From assembly GCA_965222425.1 (NCBI GenBank), contig CBDCTW010000018.1, positions 113,925 through 177,924 of the forward strand: a DNA stretch of 64,000 bases. The letters are read 5' to 3'. Below are positions 33,292 through 43,846 of this stretch, piece by piece. Made by a program: the position numbers and the translations under genes. The notes beneath the pieces were generated by a model. That model worked only from the letters and a program-made list of their open reading frames with translations, made no database searches and was not told where the DNA came from. This DNA is from Candidatus Marinacidobacterales bacterium. GTDB taxonomy: Bacteria > Acidobacteriota > Vicinamibacteria > Marinacidobacterales > DATDRI01. Within the stretch, counting starts at the first letter, position 1; each line of letters opens with the position of its first letter.

Positions 33292-34751
33292 GGGGATGTC
33301 CCGGCCGCTGTTGAATTTGGTCGGGTAGCGGCGGCACCTGTGAATACTCTTAGGCAGCAAACTCATCGCTGTCAAGAGATTTCTGTTTGCTTCTAAGCGC
33401 GTGAACGAGAGCGCCCATATGGCGATAGCCTTTGATACGCCGGAACTTTTTCTGCGCGGTGACGACGCCAAGAGCGGTCCGTCGGCGAACCATGGAAGGA
33501 CTCTTCCAACGCTTGACGTTTCTCGATACTCTGCGAATGGTTCCGTTGAGATTCTCAATGGCGTTCGTCGTGGCAAGAGACTGGCGAAGTAAGGCGGGCG
33601 GCGCGAGCTTCACGACCGTGAGTGTTTCTTCCATCCCTTCACGAAGGCTTCCGGCAGCTTCGTCGTAGCCGTTTCGCTCGAGCCACGACACCAATGCCTG
33701 AAGTCGCTTGCGCGCCTTGTCGGCACTCTTGCACTTGTAGGCTTCCTTCATCGTCTGGAGCACGTAGGCGTGACGAGACTTGGGAAGGTACGAGCGAAGA
33801 TTTCGGAGTTTATGGATCTGGCACCTTTGGATGACCGCGAGGTCCCCCAAAACGTCGACGAGTGCCTTGCGGATGCCTTTGCCTCCGTCCACTACGCAGA
33901 GAATCGACTCATCGACGCGCAAGCCTCGCTCGAGAAGGTCCTGCAACATCGCGGTGCACACCCGGGAGTTCTCCGTCGAGCCCAGCCATATACCCAGGGG
34001 CACCTTCGTTCCATCTATTGTGATACCTAGAGTTACGACGACGGTCTGTCCGGCCACCTCAAGGCCATCCAGCATCAGTGCCGCAAGCTCGAACTCCTCT
34101 AGCCGCCGAGACAGGTATTCCTCGAGCTTCTTAGTCGTCTGGCTCACGAGGTGACGGCTGGCGGCACTCTTACTCGTGCCACGAGACTTCAACTTGGCCG
34201 CGGGTTTGTCCAGACTCGATTCGTAATTTCGGGTCGATACGCCCACCAAGATCTGATTCAACACTCGCTCTGGAAGCGGGTCTTCTTCGCGGAAGGCTTC
34301 GAAGTGTGGAAGCGACGCCTCCGCGCCCGACTTCGAGCGAACTCGAGGTCGCGACACTTGGATGCGACGACCACCGAAGCTCAGCTCTCCGTTCGTGCTC
34401 CCCCAGTGGTTATGAGTTCGCTCCTTCTCGTGCTTGCCCTTGAGCCCCGCGATCTCCTCGGCGTCCTCTCTGAGCAGTAGGTGCAGAGCTGTCAGTCCTT
34501 GCTCGTACACCCATTCCGTCAGATCCGCCTTCGTGGCCGCGATCCCAGCTATCATCGGTAGCAGTATCTGACCGACTTGGCCAACTACCTTGCCCGTAGG
34601 CGAGTGCGTTTGCTTTCTTACTGGCTTCTTTGATTTCCTAGGCATTGGTGGCTCCTTGTCCCCCTCTGGAGACGGTTTATTGGCAGACCTATTCTTAGGC
34701 CGGCCAAGGAGCCGCCGCTACCCCAAATTCAACATCCGGCGGGACATCCCC
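33292..34751 (-). mobile_element. IS256-family element, copy 1 of 2
   Basis: IRs ggggatgtcccg..; TSD ccccgatg; transposase at 33350-34645 (LMLDG, VVDGGKG, QRCQIHK, TTNAIEN). Confidence 0.93.
33350..34645 (-). CDS. IS256-family transposase
   Basis: Mutator DDE motifs. Differs from 61580-62875 at three residues seen by eye. Confidence 0.92.
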   Translation of the reverse strand: MPRKSKKPVRKQTHSPTGKVVGQVGQILLPMIAGIAATKADLTEWVYEQGLTALHLLLREDAEEIAGLKGKHEKERTHNHWGSTNGELSFGGRRIQVSRPRVRSKSGAEASLPHFEAFREEDPLPERVLNQILVGVSTRNYESSLDKPAAKLKSRGTSKSAASRHLVSQTTKKLEEYLSRRLEEFELAALMLDGLEVAGQTVVVTLGITIDGTKVPLGIWLGSTENSRVCTAMLQDLLERGLRVDESILCVVDGGKGIRKALVDVLGDLAVIQRCQIHKLRNLRSYLPKSRHAYVLQTMKEAYKCKSADKARKRLQALVSWLERNGYDEAAGSLREGMEETLTVVKLAPPALLRQSLATTNAIENLNGTIRRVSRNVKRWKSPSMVRRRTALGVVTAQKKFRRIKGYRHMGALVHALRSKQKSLDSDEFAA

Positions 34752-35171
34752 CCCCGATGCGGGGAGCCGGCTAAACGGCGCGGAGCGGTGCATCAGTTGG
34801 ATGCTCTTCGACGGTAACGGGCCTAACTCTGGCCCAGAGGCCGCGTGACCAACTGGGCCGCGGTTAGCAACGCGGTGCGCTCGACGTGCGTGACGCGGAA
34901 GGGCAGGCATGGAACTGCGGCTGGATCGATTCCTTTCACTGGGAGAAACTGCGGTAGGGCATGCGATTCCGAGGAACCAAGGCCGCTCTAGAACACTGGA
35001 TCGACTGGGTAGACGACCTGTTGTGTTTGTCCACTCGGTCTGGCCCACTTTGCTCATCTAATTTGGCCCACCCTAAGTTATTGATTAATAAAGACGAGCT
35101 GTAAGAAAGCCCCTTTCCTTATTCCGCGGCCGGAACGAAGTGCAGGCCGCGGCTAGTGAAACCCAACGAAC

Positions 35172-35945
35172 TCATGCCTTTATGGTCTTTTTCTCGCTCT
35201 TCAGGGTGCGCCGGAACCGATAGGATTCGGTGCCGGTTTCGAGTATGTGCGCCTGGTCCGTGACTCGGTCGAGCAGTGCCTTGCACAGGCGGACGTTCGT
35301 GAACACCTGGGTCCACTCCGAGAAGGGCAGGTTGGTGGTGATCACGAGCGCCGCCCTTTCGCATCGTTCCGAAACCACTTGGAACAGAAGCTCGGCGCCG
35401 ACATCGGCGAGTGGGACGTAGCCGAGCTCGTCGATGCACAACAACTCGTAGCGGGCGTAGCGACGGATCACTCGCGAGAGTTCGTGCTCCTCCCTAGCTT
35501 CAACGAGTTCGTTGACGAGTCTCGAGGCCGTCGTGAAGCGAACGCGGCGACGTTGCTGGCACGCCGCTACACACAATGCCGTGGCCAGATGAGTCTTGCC
35601 TGTGCCGGCATCGCCGAGAAACAGAACCGGCCGTGCATGGTCGATGTAGTCGCCTTCGGCCAGTTCTCGTATCCGACGGGCGGAGACCTTCGGCGATTGC
35701 GAGAAGTCGAACTCCTCGAGCGTCTTCGCTCTCGGTAGTTGTGCTTCCTTCAGTCGTCTTTGAACCGCGCGGTGTTCACGCTCCTCGACTTCGGCGCTGA
35801 GCAGCACGTCGAGGTAGCGGACATAGCTGTGCTCGTCGCGCTGCGCTTGTTCGGCAATCTTCTGGAACTGCGTTGCCACGCTCGGCATGCGAAGCGTCTT
35901 GCAATGCTGACGGATGCTCTGGAGCTCGATGCTCTTCGCGTTCAC
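35172..35945 (-). CDS. istB: IS21 ATPase IstB
   Basis: Identical translation to 14854-15627. Confidence 0.95.
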   Translation of the reverse strand: MNAKSIELQSIRQHCKTLRMPSVATQFQKIAEQAQRDEHSYVRYLDVLLSAEVEEREHRAVQRRLKEAQLPRAKTLEEFDFSQSPKVSARRIRELAEGDYIDHARPVLFLGDAGTGKTHLATALCVAACQQRRRVRFTTASRLVNELVEAREEHELSRVIRRYARYELLCIDELGYVPLADVGAELLFQVVSERCERAALVITTNLPFSEWTQVFTNVRLCKALLDRVTDQAHILETGTESYRFRRTLKSEKKTIKA

Positions 35946-37483
35946 GAGTTCACCTCGCCGATCAGCGCGTTGTAATGGCCAACACCTGGCAAGGAACGTT
36001 CGTACTTCGTGAGCTCTCCGAGCTCCACATCGCCAAGAGCCTGCGCCTGCTCACGTCGAAGAACTGATGATTCGACGAGGTGACGGATCGCCTCAGCATC
36101 CGTACAGCCGAGTTCGAGCGCTTGACTCACCGCCTCACGCAGCTTGTCGTAGCCGTGCTCGCGGCCGAGCTGCACGAGCTCGACCATCTGGCGGGTTCCT
36201 TCGAGCTTCCCGTGACGTCGATTCAGCTTGGACCACAACTCGTCGTAGCTCGTGGGCCACCGACCTTTCTCCCGCCATTGAGCGAGCGGCGTCGAGCCGG
36301 CCAACGCTCCAGGCTTCCTGACCAGAACATCCAAGTAGTGCTCGAGTTCATAAATCGACTGGCTGCGGCCGTAGCAGCGCTCGTGGCGTGCCACGACGTG
36401 GCCCTCGTGCCAGATCTCAACTTCCAACGGCAGTAGCTTGGCCACAACTCGCCGGTCCCGTTTCAACGGAGTCGAGTACCAGTTCGTGCCGACTCGAACG
36501 CAGCCTTTCTTGTTCACCTTTGCAAATCGTCGCTCCTCGATATCGAACCCCTCGACGGTCAATGGCAACAGATGCTCCCGTTCAAGCTCCATCGCTGTTC
36601 CGACAGCATGCTCCTTGCCGCTAATGTGGCGCGTCGCATCCTTGAGACAGCACGAGAGCAGATACTCGTTCAGCTCATCCCAGTTCGAAAACTCCGGTAC
36701 CGGCGTCAGATAGTTGCGCCGGAAGTAGCCGACTTCGCTTTCCACCCCGCCCTTCTCGTTGCCTCGACTCGGATTACAAAACTCCGAGTCGAATCCCCAA
36801 TGGGAGCGAAACGCCACGAATCGCTCCGTCTGCTCTCGTTGATAACCACGCAGAATCTTAGTGACCGCGAGTGACAGGTTGTCGTAGCGCATGCGGCGGA
36901 ACACGCCACCAAAGAACTCGAACGCATGCTCCTGCGCTTCGAAAAATGCTTGTTGCGTCGGACGCGGATAGCCGCGATGCAACGCGCCTCCTCCCGCCAT
37001 GCTTCGGACTACGAGCGTGTGGACCTTCTCGAGCTCACCTCCGATCCGCGCGTACGCCTCGTACCAGTCCACTTGCCCTTCATCGCCCCACGCGTAGCTC
37101 TGCGGAACAAAAATCTCTGTGTCCTTCAGGCCGAGCTCGCTCTTCCGACGAGCGACGTAGCGACGTACCGTTGATTCGCCAATCTCATGCTCCGGATGCT
37201 CGGCGCGCAACCGGGACCAGATACGACGAGCCGTATGGCGTTGCTTCCGAGGCGCTCGCTTGTCCTCCTTCAGGACCGCGTCGATGAACTCGCGTACTTC
37301 CTCAAGCTTCGGACTCGCACGCTCCGCGACTTTACGCTCCGGCGGTACCGCGCTCTCCAGCGCCTGACGCACCATCCGACGGTGTACTCCGAACTCCTTC
37401 GCCACTCCCTTTATCGTTCCTACTCCGTGCTCGTACTCGCCACGGATCTGCTCGAACAATCGCACTTTCGCACCCCTTTTCAA
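35942..37483 (-). CDS. istA: IS21 transposase IstA
   Basis: Identical translation to 13316-14857. Confidence 0.93.
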   Translation of the reverse strand: MKRGAKVRLFEQIRGEYEHGVGTIKGVAKEFGVHRRMVRQALESAVPPERKVAERASPKLEEVREFIDAVLKEDKRAPRKQRHTARRIWSRLRAEHPEHEIGESTVRRYVARRKSELGLKDTEIFVPQSYAWGDEGQVDWYEAYARIGGELEKVHTLVVRSMAGGGALHRGYPRPTQQAFFEAQEHAFEFFGGVFRRMRYDNLSLAVTKILRGYQREQTERFVAFRSHWGFDSEFCNPSRGNEKGGVESEVGYFRRNYLTPVPEFSNWDELNEYLLSCCLKDATRHISGKEHAVGTAMELEREHLLPLTVEGFDIEERRFAKVNKKGCVRVGTNWYSTPLKRDRRVVAKLLPLEVEIWHEGHVVARHERCYGRSQSIYELEHYLDVLVRKPGALAGSTPLAQWREKGRWPTSYDELWSKLNRRHGKLEGTRQMVELVQLGREHGYDKLREAVSQALELGCTDAEAIRHLVESSVLRREQAQALGDVELGELTKYERSLPGVGHYNALIGEVNS

Positions 37484-37585
37484 CCGACCCTCCTCTCCGG
37501 GTTCTTCCCCGGCTCAGGGTATCGGTCTCGATGGGGTGGGCCAAATCAAATGAGCGAAATGGGCCAATTCAGACTAGCGAACACA

Positions 37586-37736
37586 CCTGTGCCTTCTATT
37601 TATTCATCCGCCAGCCCCATGGGTCGGAAGTCAGCCCTACGGCGCGAAATACCCTGGATTCTGCGCGGATTCCAAGGGCGTCTAAGCTGCTGATTTGTGG
37701 TCTATTTCAAAAGGGCCGAGTTTTGGCACAGGACGG
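37586..37736. mobile_element. MITE family B, both ends present (~150 bp)
   Basis: Inverted near-copy of 39422-39570. Confidence 0.85.
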
Positions 37737-38034
37737 GATCGCCGTCAATTGATCCCACGTCCTGGCATGCTTCTCCCCAGTCAGCGGCGGGTAGTTGAAT
37801 TTTGATGTCGTGTTCGGGCGGCTCAGCTGATTGCGTATCCTGGACAATCGCCTTGCAGCGCTCTTTCATGTTCTTTGCGGCCTCTCGGCTCTTGCGTATC
37901 TGATCAAGCCCTTCGAGGATAACGTCTCTAATTGGTTTATTGCCTCGGCCTTGCACCCAATGGCTCCATGCCTTGTCGCCCATCTTCCAACGCAGGGTTA
38001 TCGTTTCTTTCGACCTTAGTCTGCGAGTAAACAT
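37737..38034 (-). pseudogene. Small hypothetical protein truncated by MITE-B
   Basis: RBS gagggag and ATG 38034; the frame runs into the MITE end. No family recognised. Confidence 0.35.
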
Positions 38035-38349
38035 GGCTGTGACTCCCTCTTTATCGTGCCGGGGGCAAGACAGGACCACGATCAACGATGTTTCGGCTGG
38101 CGGCCCGTCCGGTGATGAATGACCGCAAGCCTTCCAGCAGTCCCTCTAGCTTGGCCTAGGTGTGTTCGAGCTGTCCGATCTTGGTTTGGCGGTTGCTTCG
38201 AATGAACACCGCTTGCTTAGACAACCCCCTCCCCGGTGGTGCGACTGATCCCGTAGGGCCAGCTGACTTGAAGCCGTGGTACAAAAGCGACGCACACGCT
38301 ATTGGAAGCCGAGGGACACCAAGCAGAACCCGCGTGATTTTACAAAACC

Positions 38350-39108
38350 CTATTTGAACCTGCGAGCTGCCTCCCGCAACTCGATGATCTGCATCACCTG
38401 TTCGCTCGTCGGTTTGCACCCGAGTTTCTGAAGGAAGTCGCTGGCAACGCCATGGTCGGTGAAAGGTACTTTGCCGCTAGGATCGATAAACGAGTCGATG
38501 TACTGAACGGCATTTACAAGCTGCCGCGTGTAGCTGAGAAATGCACGGACCCTTGGCGAAATCAAGGCATCGTTAGCGATGTTCTCGTTCAGCAGGTGCA
38601 CGCTGATGACGTTTAGAACAGCATGTACTTTATCTAATGCGGTCGTGATTTTGTGCAGGTTGGCGGAGGCTAGCGGTTCGGCGTTGGGCGTTATCGCTTG
38701 AGTCAAGTCCCTATGGCTGATACGCCGGTTCCTCCAGTCGCGCGCGAATCCTGCAGCATTGACAGCATCTTTGACCAGCTCCCGTACTTCGTTGCACAAC
38801 TCCGGATCCTCACAGAAGTCAGGCAGCATCCGGACGGTGAGGTTGTCTTTGCTAGCGGTACGAATGGGGTCTGTGAGCCTGGTGACCCGCAGCATCAAGT
38901 CATCCCAGAAGATGTGCTGAATATCCCAAAGGAACCCTCCCCCGCTAATGGCGTTCAGAAGTTCAACGTCGTCCTTGTTGCTGAACAATTCCCTGAACTC
39001 CTGGGCTCTCATCACGCCCCACGCCCAGTCATTCCAAAGGCCATGGAATACCGCACCGAACTTCTCCCCGAGCTTGTCCTGGTATTTCTGTTTAACCTTA
39101 TCGTTCAT
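38350..39108 (-). CDS. HEPN-domain protein, AbiU2-like
   Basis: All-helical sequence with LMLRVTRLTDP...NLT and the HEPN R-x4-6-H motif RNRRISHRD. Confidence 0.7.
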   Translation of the reverse strand: MNDKVKQKYQDKLGEKFGAVFHGLWNDWAWGVMRAQEFRELFSNKDDVELLNAISGGGFLWDIQHIFWDDLMLRVTRLTDPIRTASKDNLTVRMLPDFCEDPELCNEVRELVKDAVNAAGFARDWRNRRISHRDLTQAITPNAEPLASANLHKITTALDKVHAVLNVISVHLLNENIANDALISPRVRAFLSYTRQLVNAVQYIDSFIDPSGKVPFTDHGVASDFLQKLGCKPTSEQVMQIIELREAARRFK

Positions 39109-39421
39109 CTCGATTCAGCCACACGTGGAAGTCCAGTCCGAGAGGTGATCGCTTGAGGGCGTCGCAGAATATCCATGTCAGTACAGCGCGCCTGGGCTAT
39201 GGGCTTTCCGTCACCGCGGAAGACAGCGGTGGGCATACTCTAGCAAATGCCCCGCAGGATCCTGGCCGGATTCCTACCAAAACGCGCGAAACGTGCTGGC
39301 CCCGTCGTGTCCAAAAATACAAACGAACTCAAGACCCGCGCGCCGGGCTGTTTCGTAATAAACGTGTCTACGGTTGGTTGGCCAATGGGAGCTAGAATCC
39401 TCGGTCATGAGCACGCCGATC

Positions 39422-39570
39422 CCGTCCTGTGCCAAAACTCGGCCCTTTTGAAATAGACCACAAATCAGTAGCTTAGACGCCCTTAGAATCCGCGCAGAAT
39501 CCAGGGCATTTCGCGCCGCAGGGCTGACTTCCGACCCATGGGCTGGCGGATGAATAAATAGAAGGCACAG
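39422..39570. mobile_element. MITE family B, both ends present (149 bp)
   Basis: ccgtcctgtgccaaaactc ... gaataaatagaaggcacag. Confidence 0.85.
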
Positions 39571-39679
39571 AATCAAACAAGCCGCGCACTTGATCGCGGT
39601 TCCAGACATAACCGCGCTGGAATTCCGGGAGCGCCATGTGCCCACTGTCGATGTGATCCAATATCGTCGAAATCTTCAC
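39571..39679 (-). pseudogene. DUF262 (GmrSD-type) N-terminal fragment
   Basis: MKISTILDHIDSGHMALPEFQRGYVWNRDQVRGLFDS carries the P.FQR..VW motif. Cut at the MITE-B end. Confidence 0.8.
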
Positions 39680-39723
39680 GGCGTTTTTGTACGATTAGTA
39701 CCCGCTCACAGCTTTCTGAGAAA

Positions 39724-41355
39724 TTACCTATTGGGGCTCGTTTCGACGTTCCACAAGGGTTGAATCTCATCGTCGAATCCCGTCATCGCCCAGCGAACGA
39801 GAGCGACCGGAATCGCACCCGAAGCGAGAAACGCATCGTGGAACTGTCGTAAGTCGAACTCCGCTCCCAGTTGGCGAGAGCGGTCGGCCACCAGCCGGTC
39901 GATCTGCACCTTGCCCACATACCAGTTGATGGCGTAAGTGGGCCGACGCAACATGTCATAGAACTCGGCATCGATACGGTAGCTGTCTTTCGCGTTGAAC
40001 GGCACGTTCTCAGAAAGGAAATCGACGGCCTCTTCGACCGAGAACTCGTTGAGCTGAAGCTTCACGTTCACAATCGCCCGCGCCGACCGTGCTATGAGGA
40101 AGTTGACCATGAGCTCACGCGTGCGGGGCAGATGATCCAGAAAACCCGTGCGTAACAGCATCTCCTGAGCATAAAGGGTCCAGCCTTCCCTTCCCGCCCG
40201 GTCGCGGAAGTTCTCGCGAATTGGGGTGGGCCCCTTTCGAACCCGATCGTCGAATGCATGGCCCGGTATAACCGTATGAAGCAGATCGGGTCGCGGGTCC
40301 CGGTATTGGATCTCCTCCCAGAGGTTTCGCTTTCCGCTGGGGCGAGCGAACCAAGGGCGGCTTTGCTCCCGCGCCTCGGTGAAATCCCCGACGTCCTCGG
40401 GAACGGTAAGAATGTCGTCCTCGACGAGAAAGGTTCGAATATGCCGCTCTGCGTCTTCTTTTCGACGGGCATATTCTTCTGTCGATCCCACCGGCTCGAG
40501 CTCGGGTAGTTTCCGGTTCCGATGCCGCTCCCAAGCTAGCATCGCCTGCATCCGCTTCAGCTCGTGGGTTGCAAACGCAAGTATCTCTTCGGCGGTAAAC
40601 GGAATCAGTCGGGCATGTTTCAAGTACCAGTCGAACTCGACGCGCCCAACTCCGGGATGCTCGTCCGCCCGGCCCGGATCCTTCCTCAGCCAATCCCGGT
40701 AGCCTTCGAGTGCAGCCCGCGCCGCCTCGGCGTCCGGCACGAGCTCCGGATGATGTTTCCCTAGTCGTTCCTCGAGATCTCGGAACCAACCAATCGTCCC
40801 CGGAGGCGGCACGTCTCGCCGCGGCTCACCATGAGGGACTCCGATGTCGAGCTCCAGATTCCCAATCGTGATCCACGATAGGGCCGGCGACCTCTCATGG
40901 AGATTTTTCTTTCCCTGCTCCAAGACCCGGGGAATCGCGCGCAGCTTCATGCGAATTCCGGCGAGCTTTTTCTCGTCGAGAGGAAGCTCGGTATAAGCAA
41001 TACCCTGAATCCCGACGAGGTAGTGACCGGGATTGCGAGACGGATTTCGCACGACGCGATATTCGAAATCCCATCCGTTCAGAAGAGACCGGACGAGGAG
41101 GTAGTCGATCTTGCGAGCCGCCGGCCAACCGGTCGGATCGATGGCGGCCAATCGCTTTCGAAGCTCTTCGTACTGACGCCGGTCCGTGGAGAGCGTTTCC
41201 GGACTCGGATCCGGCAATCCATCGACCCATTTGGGAGACCGCGCGGTACCGATGTCGCCATAGATCACGACAAGCTCGGAGTACTCAGAGGCTGCGACCC
41301 CATCGGCCGCATTCAAGGCCAGGGCCGTCGCGAGAGTCACCCACGTGGTTCGCAT
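39724..41355 (-). CDS. DUF885-family secreted protein
   Basis: Signal peptide, H.VIPGH, EGWTLYAQE, PTYAINWYVGK and FDLRQFHDAFLASGAIP motifs. Confidence 0.85.
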   Translation of the reverse strand: MRTTWVTLATALALNAADGVAASEYSELVVIYGDIGTARSPKWVDGLPDPSPETLSTDRRQYEELRKRLAAIDPTGWPAARKIDYLLVRSLLNGWDFEYRVVRNPSRNPGHYLVGIQGIAYTELPLDEKKLAGIRMKLRAIPRVLEQGKKNLHERSPALSWITIGNLELDIGVPHGEPRRDVPPPGTIGWFRDLEERLGKHHPELVPDAEAARAALEGYRDWLRKDPGRADEHPGVGRVEFDWYLKHARLIPFTAEEILAFATHELKRMQAMLAWERHRNRKLPELEPVGSTEEYARRKEDAERHIRTFLVEDDILTVPEDVGDFTEAREQSRPWFARPSGKRNLWEEIQYRDPRPDLLHTVIPGHAFDDRVRKGPTPIRENFRDRAGREGWTLYAQEMLLRTGFLDHLPRTRELMVNFLIARSARAIVNVKLQLNEFSVEEAVDFLSENVPFNAKDSYRIDAEFYDMLRRPTYAINWYVGKVQIDRLVADRSRQLGAEFDLRQFHDAFLASGAIPVALVRWAMTGFDDEIQPLWNVETSPNR

Positions 41356-41358
41356 GAA

Positions 41359-41565
41359 CTAGCTCAGCGTCTCTGCCATCTTCGGAGCCGAACGCAGGCT
41401 TAAAGCAACCAACGTCAGTGTTCCGTTGGTGTATCCGCCGGCGGGCATCGTCGGGGAACCGACGACAAAGAGGTTCTCGTGATCATGAGTCCGTCCGTAG
41501 CTGTCGCAGACGCTCTCCTCCGGATCCGTTCCCATCCGGCAACCGCCGCCGGGATGACCCAACCG
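41359..41565 (-). pseudogene. GMC oxidoreductase C-terminal fragment
   Basis: HPGGGCRMGTDPEESVCDSYGRTHDHENLFVVGS..P..G..NGTLTLVALSLR. Confidence 0.8.
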
Positions 41566-41980
41566 TGCTTTGTGGTGGACAATCAACAACAAACCCGCGC
41601 TGGATTGTAACACCGAGGGACGAAGATTTTTCCTCACAATCGGACACGCAAGCGACGCCGCCTGCCAGAACATCAGTTCGGGCGGGTAAGCTGGACGGAA
41701 CGCATACTCTGGAGGAGAGCTCTGCTCGGGATCACCTATCGCAGAGCCAGTGCTGCGTCGGCGGGTCTCCGAGAATTTCGAAAACGCCTCTAGGATTCGA
41801 GTTTTCGGCTCCGGTCCCATTTTCGGACACGACAGTGTCAGGCTGCAGAGATTTGTCCCGTCCCCTAACCCCGACTTCCCGACCGTTACGAATGGTCTCG
41901 ACGGTCCTGCTTCGTGCAGCGTGAACAGCCACCTCCACGACGCGGTCTTCTCGTTGGCCTGGGCACACAGGACGCTGCAG

Positions 41981-42313
41981 TCACGATATGGGCCTCCACC
42001 CCGGGTCAACGACGAACACCCCTCTCTTACAGTAGGGACATGCTTTGCCGCTCAACTCCATCGTGTCCACGATCTTACCCGCCTTGCACTTTGGACAAGC
42101 CGCAATCGGTACCTCTGAATCCACCATGAACTCATGTCCACACGACAGGCAGAGGTGTGGAGAGTCGTTGCCGATGCAGCGGTTCCGCAAAACGTCGGGA
42201 TGGTAAGCGTACTGCTTCTTGCCGTTCTCGTTAATATAGTAGGGGTTCCCTTCATCCCACGCCTCGATGTTATGGTCGCATCCACTACAGACGAAGCGAA
42301 ATCCTGCAGCCAT
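41981..42313 (-). CDS. Small Cys-rich protein with four CxxC motifs (zinc ribbons)
   Basis: CSGC, CLSC, CPKC and CPYC in 110 aa; ATG start. Confidence 0.65.
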   Translation of the reverse strand: MAAGFRFVCSGCDHNIEAWDEGNPYYINENGKKQYAYHPDVLRNRCIGNDSPHLCLSCGHEFMVDSEVPIAACPKCKAGKIVDTMELSGKACPYCKRGVFVVDPGWRPIS

Positions 42314-42364
42314 CTTGCCTAGCCTGTCTCCAGTTGCTGATCCCGTCCTGTGCCAAAACTCAGC

Positions 42365-42468
42365 CCAGCCGGCATCGACGAAAGAACTGCGCCTCTCGAA
42401 ATCAGGCTAAAATTCTAGCACGCGAACAGGTTACGCGGCGGCCGCCAACACTTGACTGCGGAAGCACC
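42365..42468 (-). mobile_element. IS1-like left-end remnant
   Basis: Reverse complement resembles 43-140 (ggtgcttccgca.t.aagtgttggcggcc...gcgtgctaga...cagttcttt). Cut by a B end at 42343. Confidence 0.7.
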
Positions 42469-42631
42469 CATCGGTGCATCGGTTGCGTGACCTTCATCAT
42501 TATTGTGGTCGGCACCCTGAGCATCAGCGGGGGAACCGTCCAGCGCAGCGGGCTTCTGGTCAGGCTCCATCGTTGTCCTCCGCCGTGATTCGGCCACGGG
42601 TGCTCCACGATAGGCGGGGCGGACACGAACT

Positions 42632-43846
42632 CTATGCAGTCGGACGCGGATGCCCCGCCGCCAATAGCGCCTTCTGAATTCTTCGCAGAACATCGGGTGC
42701 TTTCAGCATTTCGCTACTAAAGTGAGGATTGGAGGGGAGCACGCAGTCGCATACACGTCCATTTTTATCCAGTTTGTAGAATATGACAGTGGCTTGTCTA
42801 TCGGGAGCCTTTCCTTCGTGAGCTGCTCCTTTTGCTTGTGGCCCCCACCTCTCGGGGAACCGGCGCGCGAGCAGCCACATCGAAGCCTCGCAGTTCGGCG
42901 GGCGAAACTTCGACACGATCTCGGCGGACTTGACCTTCCCGTCTTTCAACTGGCCGTTTAGGATTTCGCCGCCCTTGTATTTCACCGTCTGCCGGATAAT
43001 CTTGCTCTCCCCAAGGGCGCTCCGCTCGATGTTATCGAGGTGAACCCATTCGAAGTGTGCCAGGGCCTTCTGGACGGACTCGTAAAATTCATGAAATAGA
43101 CCGCCCTCTACCTTCCCACGTGCGAGCCACCTGCAAAGTGTCTCTGGGGTTATGCCAGCGGACTGCGCTGCATCCTTATAGCTCATCCCTGCTCGAACGC
43201 ACCTGAGGACTTTCTCTTGGCGCTCGGGGGTGAGTTTAGTTTTCCGTCCAGCCATGTTTGGGGGAATCTTAAAATTCACGGAATTGTCCGCTCTTGGCCT
43301 CTTTCCTGGCAATTGCGCAATTTTATTCCCCCCCATTCGGCGCATACGTCCATTATCCGGTATCAGGTAAATGAGGGTGGGTTGTCTATCGCGAGCCTCT
43401 CCTTCGTGAGCTTCTCTTTTTGCTCGTGGCCCCCACCTATCGGGGAACCGCCGCGCGAGCAGCCACGCCGACCTCTTCCAGTTCCGCGGGCGGGACTCCG
43501 TCACGGTCGTAGCGTACTTGACCTTCCCGTCTTTCAACTGGCCGTTTAGGATTTCGCCGACCTCGTATCTCACCGTCTGCCGGGTGATCTTGCTCTCCTT
43601 GAGGGCGCTCCGCTCGATGTTCTCGAGGTGAACCCATTCGAAGTGTGCCAGGGCCTCCTGGACGGACTCGTAAAATTCATAAAATAGGCCGCTCTCCGCC
43701 TTCTCCCCACGTGCGAACCACCTACAAAGCGTCTCTAGGGCTATGCCAGCGGACTCCGCGGCCGCCTTATAGGTCATCCCTGCTCGAACGCACTTGAGGA
43801 TCTTCTCTTGGCGCTCGGGGGTGAGTTTGGTTTTCCGCCCAGCCAT
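42632..43846 (-). CDS. HTH protein made of two tandem terminase-small-subunit-like units
   Basis: Two near-identical units 591 bp apart (MAGRKTKLTPERQEK.L.CVRAGM.Y..AA.SAGI..ETLCRW...WLLARRFP.RWG). The frame stays open upstream to 44134. Confidence 0.65.
   Translation of the reverse strand: MAGRKTKLTPERQEKILKCVRAGMTYKAAAESAGIALETLCRWFARGEKAESGLFYEFYESVQEALAHFEWVHLENIERSALKESKITRQTVRYEVGEILNGQLKDGKVKYATTVTESRPRNWKRSAWLLARRFPDRWGPRAKREAHEGEARDRQPTLIYLIPDNGRMRRMGGNKIAQLPGKRPRADNSVNFKIPPNMAGRKTKLTPERQEKVLRCVRAGMSYKDAAQSAGITPETLCRWLARGKVEGGLFHEFYESVQKALAHFEWVHLDNIERSALGESKIIRQTVKYKGGEILNGQLKDGKVKSAEIVSKFRPPNCEASMWLLARRFPERWGPQAKGAAHEGKAPDRQATVIFYKLDKNGRVCDCVLPSNPHFSSEMLKAPDVLRRIQKALLAAGHPRPTA

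Larger units (their letters stand above)
32916..34847 (+). pseudogene. Hypothetical protein (paralog of 16870-17313) split by IS256
   Basis: ...PCCLVQPGVSLLADPD rejoins AGSRLNGAERCISWMLF after the ccccgatg TSD. Confidence 0.75.
35022..37585 (-). mobile_element. IS21-family element, copy 2 (inverted)
   Basis: Same length and identical translations to copy 1; TSD cctgt. Confidence 0.95.

Noticed and set aside
13214-37585. Inversion of the 19-kb segment between the inverted IS21 copies
   Set aside because: Each copy retains its own matching TSD (accaa, cctgt) and the GNAT halves still flank copy 1, so there is no net inversion.
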